Of a stretch of DNA of 64,000 bases, positions 15,933 through 31,172 are shown piece by piece; position 1 is the stretch's first letter, and each line of letters starts with the position of its first letter. The translations under genes and the position numbers were made by a program. Source of the stretch: Eledone cirrhosa (lineage: Eukaryota); the NCBI GenBank assembly GCA_964016885.1, contig OZ024740.1, positions 329,406,001 to 329,470,000 on the forward strand. Direction: 5' to 3'. A model generated the notes under the pieces. It saw only the letters and a program-made list of their open reading frames with translations. It did no database searches and had not been told where the DNA came from.

Positions 15933-16750
15933 TATAATCCTTTAATATATACAATAAAACGGTAAGTTGGTATAACCTGATTATTCAATTAATACCCCAC
16001 ATGATGAATTGGATTAACTAATATGATTAATTGAATTAATTATGGTGGATTAATTTAGTACGCCTACATTATGAAACTAAAACGGCTAATTAGTTATACT
16101 AACACTACTAATTAAATAAAGTAACTTAACTATCTAATTAAACTGACATTTCTAATTAATTAAACGCGACTAATTATTTAAACTGTTACTACTATTTAAT
16201 TAAATTCACAAACTTAATCAGTTAAACCAAAAGGATTAATTAGTCCAACTAATGCAATTAATCAGTTAAACCAACGTGTCTAATCAATCAAATTAATGGA
16301 ATTACTCAACTGAAATAGGAACTTGACAATTATTTCACCCATTATGAAAATTAATTGGTGTAACATGTATAATAATTAGACTAACTTGAATAATCATTTA
16401 GACGACCTTCATATCTTATTAGACCAATATTATCAATGGTTAGAGTTGATGTGTCTAATCAATTGAACTAATAAAATTGTTCCACATGCACACCCCTATA
16501 TACGCATAACTTTTGCCAAAATATACAAACAAAGACAAAAACTGAGAAATGAAACCTGATAACTCCATTTTTTCCTTCAAATGGTCATCTTCCTATTTAT
16601 CCGATCATTGCTACTTCTCGATGAAGGTCTGACGTCTGACAAGTTAAAACATTAATTTTCCCTTTCTAACAAATATTTGTGCTATTTTTCCTCTGTGTAC
16701 GTCTTGCCTAATTTGAACAACAACAATATATATATATATATGGTGTGTGT

Positions 16751-16848
<98 letters not shown>

Positions 16849-17887
16849 TTGTGTGTGTCTGGACTTTTGCGTGTGTAATCAATATCGGATTTATTATTAC
16901 ATATATCGTACACTAATAAAAACTTCACAATATATTTAATGTTTTTACAGTTAGAAGGTGAATATTACCATCATTTTACGATAATTGTAACCAATAATTT
17001 TGCTATCTCACGTGACATGGAAGCTGTTATTTAAACATTTTTGCATAAAGGTTCTTTTGTTTATGTAACATTGATAGATACCACTTCAGCAATCTGATAT
17101 AAATAACTATATTTTAAAAGTGATTTAAGTCACATCCATTTGTTCTTTAACATATGGTATATAACATAAATTCTATCCAAAAATAACTGTCTGAGACTTT
17201 GTTCTCTAACTTCGTATGTCATTTGAGATGTAAAGGCTTCGATCTTTTGATTTAATCGAGCACTCAATTGTAGAACATGACAACCCTTTCAACAATATAT
17301 TTTAGTTCTTTCCCATACTTTTTCTGGAAGTCGATCAAGCATACAAAGAAATGACCCCATAATGCACATACTTCGAACATTGCAAAAATAAACCGAAGAT
17401 CAATGAATAACCTTTGTGTTCATAAAATCAATCGGGAATCGAAACAGAGTGTAGCTAGAAGGCCGATATAAACAATATATCACAATCCTGTTATAATTAA
17501 ATATAAGCTGCATCAATTGATATATTTGAAAAGAAAGTTATTCTAGATTCCTTCTTTGTTGCTATGGAGAGTGAATTTGATATTGGAAGTAAAAAACATA
17601 ATCTATTAATGTTTTGGATAGGCTATTTCAAAAAGTAGAAATTGTGAACAGTTGTAGATAAACAAACACATATTCCTACAGTTGTTCATATTGTTCGCAA
17701 TATTGAACAACTTAAACTCCTGCTCTCAGACAGACTATCATATACACATTTATGAAATTGTATGAAGATGCATGTAAATACATTATATATATATATATAA
17801 ATATATATAGGAGAGGACAAAAGTATTGAAATTACAGACGTACATAAAACATGTCGCTATATGGTATTTAATATTCAAATCGACATA

Positions 17888-17929
<42 letters not shown>

Positions 17930-18600
17930 TGTATATATAGTGTATTTTGCAATACACTCTATGCTTAATTAAAAGCATTTCGAAGACCTTACGCTATTGT
18001 TTTAGAGTAGTGACAGTCTCACTTACTTTACTTTTCCGCAAACAGTGGAGATAAAGCTGACAGAGCTCTGTTTCGAATTTTTTTGTGCTTATCAAAGCTA
18101 AGTAGTCCGCCTGTTTCCTGAAAATCATGAATGTTTGATTCTTATAGAATTCTAGTAATAATCAGGAACTGTTTCCTGAAAATTAAAGTAAGTGAGAATG
18201 TTACTACTCTAAAACAATAACGTAAGGTCTTCGAAATGCTTTTAATTAAGCATACCGTGTATTGCAAAATACACTATATATACATTCATATATATATCAC
18301 TATTTCAGAGCACCAATTCTAATTTTCAATTTATGCTTGAGCTGCAATCGCTCTGTGTAATCAGTTCCTGATTATTACTAGAATTCTATAAGAATCAAAC
18401 ATTCATGATTTTCAGCAAACAGGCGGAGTACTTATCATTGATAAGCACCAAAAAGTGCGAAACAGATATCTTTCAGCTTCATCTCCCCTGTTTGCTGGAA
18501 ATTGAAGTAAGTGAGACTGTCATTACTCTAAAACAATAGCGTAAGGTCTTCGAAAGGCTTTTAATTAAGCATAGAGTGTATTGCAAAATACACTATATAT
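17930..18600. mobile_element. Inverted and partial copies of a PLE-type terminal repeat with U3-A8 hammerhead (18055-18099 minus; 18434-18478 plus)
   Basis: Consensus of the two copies is AGCT-TTGATAA-GCAC(loop)GTGC-GAAA-CAGAGCTCTG-TC-AGCT. 17937-18170 is inverted relative to 18360-18600, and 18175-18290 is a further partial copy. Confidence 0.7.
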
Positions 18601-18613
18601 ATATTCATATATA

Positions 18614-18735
<122 letters not shown>

Positions 18736-18767
18736 TTTATATATATATATATATATATATAAATATA

Positions 18768-19868
<1,101 letters not shown>

Positions 19869-20033
19869 CGTTACCGCTCATCCGGGCTAACATATACGGT
19901 ATAATATATATGTATGAATTTCGAGTTAAATTATACTACTTATTCGTACACAACATCAAGAGAATATCGGTATATAAGTCCATAAATATTAGTTACACAA
20001 ATACAAACATCCTCACACACATGCATGTATGTA

Positions 20034-20089
<56 letters not shown>

Positions 20090-20091
<2 letters not shown>

Positions 20092-20562
20092 AAAGTTTTA
20101 TTTAAAATTGTTGAGTTACAACGAGTAAATATTTTATAACTGATATAAAAGCACTCAACAGGTTAGGGAGTATTTTACGATATTAAACAAATGGAAACTA
20201 AATTTATAAAACCATATTTATTTCATTATATATATTTCAGGGATATCATATTAAAAATATGGTATGCCCTCTTCAGACAAAATACAATATATAAACAGTT
20301 TTATAAATAAATTTGACATACCTTAAACAATTTTACAACTTCCATTTAAAAAGTTGTTATGGTAGTCAATAACAACTACCATAACAACTTTTTAAATGGA
20401 AGTTGTAAAATTTTTTAAGGTATGTCAAATTTATTTATAAAATTGTTTATATATTGTATTTTGTCCGAAGAGGGCATACCATATTTTTAATCTGATATCC
20501 CTGAAATATATATAATGAAATAAATATGGTTTTATAAATGTAGTTTCCATTTGTTTAATATC

Positions 20563-20563
<1 letters not shown>
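20090..20563. mobile_element. Fold-back PLE-type terminal repeat, ~190 bp arms with 8 nt loop at 20367-20374; hammerheads at 20223-20280 minus and 20461-20518 plus
   Basis: Minus strand reads TTGT-CTGAAGA-GGG...CCCT-GAAA-TATATA-TA-ATGA. The plus copy has CCGAAGA. Confidence 0.7.
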
Positions 20564-20627
<64 letters not shown>

Positions 20628-21068
20628 TAAACGGAATAGAAAATGCTGATAAATTGTTCACAGTTCACAATGGTTTAATTAGGAATAAAAGAGTATTAGT
20701 AATTGTATGGGTTAGTATTCAGTTGTGGTTTTAAGTTTTTAAGTTTTTACCGGTTGCGCATTTCTAAATGCTTTTCAAAAATAATTTTGAGATAGAGTGT
20801 CCGTGTTGTTTGCTCTGATCTGATTAGTTTTGGGAATTCTACCTGTTTTTATGTTAAAAAAGTGGCTCCAGCGCTACTTTGGTGTTGCAAAAATTCTTGT
20901 GGTCAAACAATTTTGATTGGTCGGTAGAGGTCATGAAAATGTAAAAAATTAATTTTGCGCCAAGACTGTTTTTATATTAAAAAAGTGGCTCCAGCGCTAT
21001 TTGGTGTTTGCAAACATTCTTGTGGTCAAAACAATTTTGAGGTCTGCCGTCAGAGTCATATCTTTTCC

Positions 21069-21226
<158 letters not shown>

Positions 21227-21227
21227 G

Positions 21228-21259
<32 letters not shown>

Positions 21260-21337
21260 CTGTTTGTGTGTCTGTGTGTGTACGTGTGTGTGTGTGTGTA
21301 TGTATATGAGTTTGTAAGTGTTCTGTACCTCAGAACG

Positions 21338-21552
21338 AATATCTGATGAGATATTAATTCATAGTCAGTCCCCGTCAATTACAATGGAGAGTTCAGCTGA
21401 TCGATATCGAAACAATTGTCAGATACAATAAAGCTTATTTATGGTGATACCGTAACTTTGTTCCTGCCTTCTTGTATTAGTGCTGGGGTACACTGAAACA
21501 TCGAGACCTTTAGCCGATGAACTAGCTGTGACCATTGTTGCACACATATAAA

Positions 21553-21555
<3 letters not shown>
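21338..21555 (+). mobile_element. PLE-type 3' end with hammerhead (21338-21425)
   Basis: CTGATGA-GATAT...ATATC-GAAA-CAATTG-TC-AGATA then AATAAA and a tail ending in (TA)n. Confidence 0.65.
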
Positions 21556-21622
<67 letters not shown>

Positions 21623-22699
21623 AAGAGTGAGGCAAACAAAAACAGCTAGACCCTAACCCACCTGAGTACTCGGTACTTGGGGTATTAGAGTAGGTAATAT
21701 GAAAACATTCAGGACCCGACGGCTGAGCTCCGGCCGTCTGGACAGCAAGATCCAAAAGGATGTAGCTGTCGACACGGCCGGAGCTCAGCCGTCGGTGTCC
21801 TGAATCTTTTCATATGTACATACATACATATATTTATATATGTACATATGTTTGTATATATATATATACATATATATATATGTGTGTGTGTATGTATATA
21901 TATATATGTATATGATATATATATATATATGTGTGTGTGTGAGTATATATATATATATACATACATATATAAATATATACATATATACATATATACATAT
22001 ATCCATATATCCATATACATATACATATATACTCATAATGCATACGCATAGCCATTCAGAACATTTATATCCCGCTAGACGTCTGACATAAACGTTTCAA
22101 TAATACGATATTTGATGTTGATTTTTAAATTCTCTTGGGTTGAATATATCAATAGTGTTATTTGTTTTGTTTCAGTTTACTCTTTCTTAAATGTTCAAGT
22201 TAATTTGCTTAGAAATACTAAGGTGGAAAGTGTAGCATTCATTTCAATGTGATTGTTAATGAAGTAGAAAATGGTAAGCATTACTATAGTTCGTCTGGCG
22301 CCATTTGTCTTGAGAACTTAAACGTTCTAAACATGATATTTGAACGGATGACTACAGTTCTTTAGAAATTAGTATGCACCGAGCAGAATCGCATATTTTA
22401 GAAACCATCCCTGCATCCTTATATCAGATAAATTCCTGCTAACTGATGCTGACAACAACAGTTTTGACATCGAAGTTAAAGGTAAGCCGATACCAGTTTT
22501 AGGAGATAAAACACCGGTGATCTAACAATCAATGAACGATTTTCGCTTAAGTATATATTAAACCTTTTCCTGTCTAAATCTAAAACGTTATAAATGTGAT
22601 ATAATTTCACAAAACATATTGCACGAAAATCCACTAGAACATTTCTCAGAATTACAAAACACTGCCTGTGGATTTTACTATTGTTCTTATTTAGCTCTA

Positions 22700-22965
22700 A
22701 GGCAACGCCAATAAAAGGAAGCATTTAAGCTATAACCAAGCAAGGTCAAACTGGAAATGCACTATCGGAATGTGCACGAGTGCACCGACAGCAAATCAGA
22801 GACCCAGATGTCCGTCAGATATCCCTGAGTAACCCTCTAGCAACATGTTGTCAGAAAATATTTATAATATTTCGATTCTACAAATTACACAGCCCAAGTG
22901 AAATCAAGATAAAAATAAAAAAAAAAGAATGTTATTGATAAATTCAAACCCAAGCTAAATGAACA
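22700..22965 (+). pseudogene. Decayed PLE GIY-YIG endonuclease C-terminal fragment
   Basis: Translates to GQTGNALSECARVHRQQIRDPDVRQISLS...IFRFYK...IDKFKPKLN, resembling the YIGxT..L..R...H / FKPxLN pattern. Confidence 0.6.
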
Positions 22966-23393
22966 ATAATAATGGGGTATTTCTCCTACTATGACTATGA
23001 CTACGACCATGTTGACTACCACCACTGACAACAACAACAACAATAATGCTAATAAAAGTGATGTTGATGGTGATGATTACTAGAAAATGCTATTTTCATC
23101 ATTTCTAAAAATAGCAAAAAATTGATGCTTTGGATAGGGTCAAATAGAAGTCGTTAGACATGCTCAACCAACCGTGACGCCTAAATCAATAGGCTTTCCA
23201 GTGAAACTACACACCGATTGGTCGAAATACACGTTGCAAAATTTAGCATTCTGTAGCCGCTTTCACTGTATATAAGGCACACAATTTACCCATCTCATTA
23301 CAGTTGATAATTGCAAACTTGACTGTCACCACAGAATATGAACTTTAAGATTGCAAAAGCATGAAAGTACTTGTTCAATTAACACTTAAAATT

Positions 23394-23502
<109 letters not shown>

Positions 23503-23609
23503 ATATCAGATAAGACGAGGAGTTTCCTCGTCTATCTAATATATACATTCTGCCTGTGCTTGTTTTCGCACCACCAGTAATTCACTGAATCAACTACACT
23601 CTATATATA

Positions 23610-23707
<98 letters not shown>

Positions 23708-25825
23708 TAATAGAAGAGGTGGTATATAAAGACATCTGTGATATCTGTATGCGTAATAACTGTATATAAGTCTCACCATGAAGTTGTAAACTCTGATCAG
23801 CTACTTCAGTAGCCGTGTGAAAACCCATGATACCAATGGCTCATAAATTGCTATCAAACACGTTCACTGACGCGGTACTACGATTGGTAGAACATCCCTC
23901 ATAAAGCGCGTGCTTGATCGGTGGAGAAGATGTAGCAGTAGGTCAAACATAGCATGATTAAAAGGAAGGCATATACGTTATGTGTACGAATAATAAGAAT
24001 ATTCACCTCTCGGCAAGGGAATTTTAATCTGTGAACATTTCACGTCTTATCAATAGCCGCGTGATAACACTATATAGTTGTACGTATGGATGATTATCAT
24101 CACTGAAGGTGTTTCACTTAGAAATGAAATTAAAATAAATTATAGCTTATGTTCTTAAGTGTACAAAATATTCGCTGGAGTGTTTGACTTGGACAGAACG
24201 CCTGCTTGATATCTAGGGGTCTTTAGAGAAGACCTGCATCCTGTGCAGCTCGAAGCAGGTGTTAAACTCGGATGTGAGGTTGCTGCTCATGCGATATGTC
24301 ACTTAATTTAGCATGCATCCACATCGTCAACTCCTGTTAATAAATGCGGGTTTGCTGCAAGTATTATTACATACGCCAGAAGCGTCGAGTAATGTGCACA
24401 ACTCGTTCTAAACTTCCCTGTGTTGGCTGCCACTGGCATTTCAATAACTGATATCTGGAAAATATGTCACTAGGTTGATTTGTATATTATCCCAGCCCGG
24501 TCACTCCATGGATTCAGGATTAGCTTATTCAAGTCAGAGGTGATGAATATGTGTCACGCTAAAACTCATTATGATGAAATCGTACAAACCATTCAGACCG
24601 TTCTTACCATATAAGCCGCTGATTCCAGCTTCGACCGAGCATCTGGATGCTAAATAATCTGATGTTTGGCACTAGATTGCACCAAATCGTTGTGTATCTT
24701 ACGTTTTACATTCTACAAAATTTCTCTTTTCGGTTCATTGAATCTATCAGATATCTCTGCACTGTAATTGTTTTGCAATGTAAGCTTCTACGAGACCTGC
24801 TTGAACTGGACTAGATTCATTGTGCAGTGGGCACTCACGTCAGATTATTTTGTATGAGTTGATGACTCTGAAACTCTCTCTCTCTCTCTCTCTCTGTATG
24901 CAAATCTGGTGGCTTCAATTGGATTTTGTCCAGAACAAGATTCCAATTTTACGTGGACCAGCACCATCTAGCTTGCCTATAATCTATCTCACAGCCAACG
25001 TGCATTGATCAAATTGTCTTCAGCATCCGATGGCGCATTTGATGATGAATTAACTTGCATCCGAGTGGCCCACAACCCAGTCCACCCTATGTATGTATCC
25101 CACAAATACCGTTGGTGAGGCATGGCCGACGAGTTTGGACGGTCTCCCCTTCCTCCTCGGCACACAACACACCTCCCGAATATCCGCCTTGAATAATGCC
25201 ACAAAATCAAACACTTTCACGCGGTCGTTTTCTATCACAAGCGACAAAACCTTGTTGACAGTAGCCACCCAGACGGAATAGACCTTTATCCTGTTGGAGG
25301 AGCTAAAGTTATAATTCGGACACAACATTATTGTTAGTTAGATCAGAGTCACCCACTCTACCGCCGTTAAAGTAGAGAAGCGGAAGACAGTAAATTATCG
25401 AGCATTGAACGGACGCCTTCCCGTTCGTGCTTATCACCATCTCAACTCTAGTACTAACGGATCTCGGTCTATAGTTTTCCTCAGCAAAGTAGGAAGGAGT
25501 GCAACCTGGCTGAGGACGGTGTACCAATGAGGGTGGACTATTTAGTGGCACGGATGTCACTGCCATGACAATACTTTCATCATTTTTTCTTCTAGGTGGA
25601 GCTGAGGTATATTCCCTAGTCGCGTGTTCTCACCTCCACTTTCCTTCGTTTGTTCGGCATTTAATGTTATCTGACAACCTCTTTTTTCTTTTTTATGTTC
25701 TCTCTCCCGATTTTTATCTTAATTCCTTTTACTTTTGTAAAAGAAAAAGTTATTCATTATTGTGTACTTCTGTTCAGCAATAAATTTCATTATTCTGTAG
25801 AAACTACTACTGTGTTAGTAGTAGT

Positions 25826-25924
25826 AGAAGAAGAAGAAGAAGAAGAAGAAGAAGAAGAAGAAGAAGAAGAAGAAGAAGAAGAAGAAGAAGAAGAAGAAGA
25901 AGAAGAAGAAGAAGAAGAAGAAGA
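25826..25924. repeat. (GAA)n microsatellite
   Basis: Direct reading; explains the poly-E ORF. Confidence 0.95.
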
Positions 25925-26562
25925 AATTTGATTAGAAATAAAGCCTGTTTCTGTATATAATTGGATTGTTGTTTATAGTATATATGTTGAACGTTGGCTT
26001 ATATGCATTTTTAAGTATTTAGTTTTGATTGGAATTAGTTTGTAATTAATATGTCTTCCGTATATCACCTGAACATATTTCATTGCGTAGTTTTTTCCGA
26101 TGGAAAATACAATATTTACTGAAACGTTGGAATCAATATTTCAGAATTAGTTTTTATTTAAGTCATAAATTTAAAATCAAATTCAATAACTGGTTAAATA
26201 ACAGCATAGTTCTAAAAATGTTATTTTCCACTTATCCGCTACAGTCAACACTAATAAAATTTATTTTAGCTGTTTTGATTGGGTTGTTAGAGTTTTATGT
26301 ATACATTATGTGAAAGAGTACTTCTACAACCTATAGACTTTAATCACACATATATTAGTTGCGTAGGATAAATTCGTTATATATTTACTTTGTTTAGCAT
26401 CAGGCTTGTAGTCTTTTGTGTTTAACATATATGCGCTAAGAGGACATTGGTAAGCCCATTCAACACTCTTTTAGTAGGTAGGACTTGAGAGTGGAATATC
26501 ACCATACATAGATTTACTAAGCATAATCAAAGTAACTGCATAGAATAATATCAGAGTGGTCT

Positions 26563-27320
26563 ATCTTTCTTCTTCATCTCCCACATATTCCTGAGAGGGT
26601 TGTGTGGAAGTTTCCTCAAAATCCCCTCTCAGCGGGTTCTGTCAGAAGCAAACTTCTCCAACTGAACCGGCTGGATTCTCAAGCGAGACCAGCTAAGCTG
26701 ATCGATGTTATCCAAACATCTTGCTCGAGATCTACACTGGGTCTGTTGAGAATTGGGTTTGCCCGTAAAATCTGATCAGCGATTCTTTCCTGAGGCATTC
26801 TAAAGACATATCCATAATATCGTGGCTTTGATCTCTCAATTCAAAAAAGTAGCGGCTCTATCTTGAGCGACTCTCTGATCTCAGATCTATGTATTCTATC
26901 GAGTAACATTATTTCAAAGGTCCTTCGGAGGAACCCCATTTTAGCCGCTTGTATTGGCGCATTCGTAAGCGTATTCTTTCGGTCATCACCCAGGATTCCT
27001 GACCGTAGGTAAGGGTTGCCACGAATGCCGAATTGGATATAGCGAATTTGGCTTTTAAATTTACCCCATTCTTCTGATGACCGAATGCTTGAGAAGGAGT
27101 AATGCTGCACCAGCTCCTGTAATTCTTGTACTTAATTCAGTCCCTCGGGAACACGACTCCCAGATACATGAAATTCTCCACCTGCTTCTGTGGGACTCCA
27201 TTCACATACAGAGTGAAATGCACAGGCCTAGTTGAGACGGCGTCTGTAACTTTTCAGAGCACTGATTTTTATTCCAGCCTTGCAGCACTCGGCTTCAAAT
27301 TTCTGGTATAGAGTTCATAA
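26563..27320 (-). mobile_element. Decayed RTE-clade LINE 3' fragment (same family as 5915-7770)
   Basis: Minus strand gives VNGVPQKQVENFMYLG...IQAAKMGFLRR...RSEIRESLKIEPLL and a short GAA tail. Confidence 0.8.
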
Positions 27321-28782
27321 CAATTTGATTGAAACCATTTATTTTTAAACTACACCAGTAATACAGTGTAAATCAATTACACTGCACATAACCTTCATTT
27401 AACATCTTACCAGCATTTGTATCGTGTAGTGATATTAAACAGGTTGTATATTGATATCAACTGCATTATAGAGCACAACATTGTTTCCCTCAAATCGAAA
27501 TGTATAAAATTTGAACATAATGTGTTGTCTTGAGGCTGTAAAGGAAATAAGTTCTCGGGGTTAATATGAAAAATAATTATTTTACCTCCAGAAATATGCA
27601 TATTATTTAATACTAGTATACCAATTCAGAAGTAAAATAGATTGAAGGCAGGCAAGACATACGCGCATCTCTTTATCCAATTTTCGTCCACGTTTTTCTA
27701 TTCGGTCTTTTATTCTGTACAGAACTGAAGAAAACGGAAATTTACACAGATCATTGTAGAATTCGATCAGTAACAATCTCCGCCATTCCTATTCTTTTGT
27801 GTTTTTCAGTACTTATCTAATTACGCTTCGTCTTTCCTGTGAAACTTTCCTGTCTGTTCAGAAATCTATTAATTATCGCTTTTCTCTCTTCAGCTGATGG
27901 CATCTTCTCTCTACATTTATTTCTATTATTTTCTTCACACATTCTCCACCGCCCTATGTTGTCATTACACCCGGCTGGCGTCAATTGTTTAGTCAGTAAT
28001 TATTCGTTTCTTGTTTTGTCTTTCAAGTGGCAGACCAACTATTTCTACTTTATTGTTTCGTGTTTTACACATTATCTGTCTAATTCTAACAAGCATCACA
28101 CAGTTTAAAGATTCACTTCACACATAAAGGCGACCACCAGTTATTTCAGAAGTAATAATACACAGAAACAGTATTTCGATATAGGTAAAATTATATTGGG
28201 CGCCGTCCCGCCTGTTTCACTGATCCTGAAAAATATGAACTATTTTCTATTGAACTTCTCCGTGCAGTGTATTTGATTTGGGAACGTTTCTTCCAAACCG
28301 CAACTATTTCTAATCTGAAAACGCTCAATCATATTCGTGAAAGCAGGATCTTTGAAATTACATCATTGCGGACATAGTTGATTGACTATGACATCATTAA
28401 TTTATACATTTGCATTCAATATCTTAAACTTAATTTAAACCGTACTAATATACGAAACTGTTTCTATTCGTCAATATAGGCCAACCTGAAAAAGATATGG
28501 CCAACATTATATTTTTCAGGTTTTCATTATGCATTGTACCATGAATAGGAGCATGTTTCCTGAATTCTAATGCTCTGAATAATTTAGTAGGTGATATAAT
28601 ATTGAAAGATTCTCAGGACATAAATTGTGTTGCATCGTATTACCAAAGTTTGGCTTAGTAGACCGGGCAGTTATTAACTGTATTCCTCATGGAGATAGCA
28701 ATGTATTCGAATCACTCTATTCCAGATTTGGTTTTATATGAAACTAGACTACTTGTGACACAAAGGGGCGGAGTTAGTCTAG

Positions 28783-28856
<74 letters not shown>

Positions 28857-28944
28857 AGACTGAAACTAAAAACTATATCATTTGTACTGCCTCTCTGTTT
28901 TTTGTTCTCTGTTCATTTATTAAACTATATATATATATATATAT

Positions 28945-30935
28945 TTATTAAAATAATAGATTAAAGTTTAAGCAAAGAATCGCTGCATTCACCCTTAACG
29001 GGATCTTCTGAAACTAACAAAGTCGATCTGTGAACGCGGAAGTGAATATTTCAAAAAACGTTGCAACCGGAGGAAGACAGGAAGACGATACTTTGGTTCG
29101 TGGAAACGTTCCCTGGCAAAGAACGGGAAAAAACGAATATAATACGTCATTATTTGGAGCGGTGAAAAACAATTACACGCAAAGACAAAACCACGTTTAT
29201 GGTATAAAAGAGGTCGTAGACTAATATTTTATTAGATGGTACATAGAGACGTTTTCTGGGAATGAACGGAAAAAACGAAGATAATACGTCATATGTGGAG
29301 CGGGGAGAATAATAGCACGCAAAGATAAAACCACGTAAATGGTATAAGTGAAGTCGTAGACTAAAATTCTAATTAGGAAACCGAATGATTCTCGGCTTCA
29401 GAGTTAAGAATAAAGTAAATAAAATACAGAGGTAATCGAAATTAAATAAATACATACACACATCCATAACGTACATACATAAGCATACGCGAAAACACTC
29501 GCCATAGATATACAAATACACGCACGTACACAAAAAAAAAACAAAAAAAACAAAAAAAACAAAAAAAACAAAAAAAAAGAAACCCGCACTTACATACAGA
29601 ACCCACAGACGCACAACTCCCGTATTCACATAAACAAAACTCCCGTATTCACATAACCAAAAGCATATGTACCAGAATATATAATATATAACCCAAAACA
29701 CGTACAATCAAATATAAATACGAGGAAGTATACGTACCTTAATAAAACATACAGGCAATATATACTTACCTATACAAATAAGTAATGGTATAAACATAAC
29801 ATATACTTAGCTACCACACCAAGACGTAAAATATCCGCGTATAGTTCGTACTATCCTTTAGGGTATAATGTTGGGCTGTAATACAGGAAGGTTTTGTGCA
29901 ATTTATGTTTACAAGCCGAAATTGTCTCAGATTTTTTGTTTAAGATGTTGTCTTTGGCGTAGAGTATTTTCAGTGCCTCAGCGGCGCAGAGGTCACATGG
30001 TCTTTTATTTCCGTTATACGATCTAGCCCTAGCTAGGATCTCACAGTGTAACTTATATTGGGTATGGTTATCTTTTAGACTCCATATATAAGCTGAAAGT
30101 GACGTCATATTACTTCTTAGAGGGTAACGAAAAGAATGGGTATGCAAGTAAAGACGCTGCTTGAATTTATTGGCGGTTAACCCTATGTAGGCCCTACGGG
30201 ACGTGGGTGTTTCAACCTTACATTTGTAGACAATGTTACTAGAGAGGCATTTCCCGGATAGGGAGCAATCAATCCGATTCCTACAATTACAGTTAGTACT
30301 AACTACAGGGTTGCACGTGTTCCTACGGCTAGGTAGTTTAGATAAATTTGAAGCTGTAATGTTATGTGCAAGGTTAGGAGTCGTAGAGTAAGAAATTTTA
30401 ATAGTATTACTATTAAAAATTTTACTATATTTAGGTGTAGGGGGAAAATGCTTCATAATAAGGGAGAGAAAGATCTTAGCTAATGGTGTGGCCACCTCCA
30501 TATTATATGGTGGGTTATACCATATAATTCGTCGGGATCTATTTCTTCTAGGTCTATTCTCGTACTCTGTATATGCTACCTTATCGACAAATCCACTCCG
30601 AGCAAGAGCTTCATTGTAATATGGGGAATGGTCGTTGAAAATAGCTCGTTAGTAGATAGACGGAAAAGCCTCAAAGAAACGTTTCATACAAGGTTCTTGG
30701 TTATGCTGGCAGGATGGTTAGAAAGTTTACTTACGTTTTTTGAAATATTCACTTCCGCGTTCACAGATTGACTTTGTTAGTTTCAGAAGATCCCGTTAAG
30801 GGTGAAGGCAGCGACTCTTTACTTAAACTTTAATCTGTTATTTTAATAAATATTTGCTCTACGCTTCTTATATATTTGATATATATTTATCCTTATCGAG
30901 CCCTCTTTGGATTTTAGTCTTCAAATTTATTATTA
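28945..30935 (-). mobile_element. 5'-truncated Naiad-like PLE with an inverted terminal-repeat copy at its 5' side (copy 1)
   Basis: Minus-strand RT-thumb/linker/GIY-YIG coding region, then 3' UTR and HHR at 28965-29015. 30734-30850 is the inverted copy of 28945-29060. Confidence 0.9.
29851..30501 (-). CDS. PLE polyprotein C-terminus: linker + GIY-YIG endonuclease (frame extends upstream to ~30640)
   Basis: IIWYNPPY, KHFP..KIFN..IKISYS, CNCRNRIDC (CxCx5C), NIVYKC...AYIGLT..FKQR...H, CDLC..E, LNKKSE..CKH. Confidence 0.85.
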   Translation of the reverse strand: MEVATPLAKIFLSLIMKHFPPTPKYSKIFNSNTIKISYSTTPNLAHNITASNLSKLPSRRNTCNPVVSTNCNCRNRIDCSLSGKCLSSNIVYKCKVETPTSRRAYIGLTANKFKQRLYLHTHSFRYPLRSNMTSLSAYIWSLKDNHTQYKLHCEILARARSYNGNKRPCDLCAAEALKILYAKDNILNKKSETISACKHKLHKTFLYYSPTLYPKG

Positions 30936-30982
30936 TTACTATATATATATATACTACTGTATATATATATACATTACTATAT

Positions 30983-31084
<102 letters not shown>

Positions 31085-31172
31085 AGACTGAAACTAAAAA
31101 CTATATCATTTGTACTGCCTCTCTGTTTTTTGTTCTCTGTTCATTTATTAAACTATATATATATATATATAT

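Noticed and set aside
15960-16480. TTAAT-rich quasi-periodic region
   Set aside because: Only short imperfect repeats (AATCAGTTAAACCAA twice); indistinguishable from decayed low-complexity DNA.
28945-30935. DNA transposon with TIRs
   Set aside because: The inverted repeats contain the PLE 3' HHR, and the ORF is RT-thumb/GIY-YIG rather than a DDE transposase.
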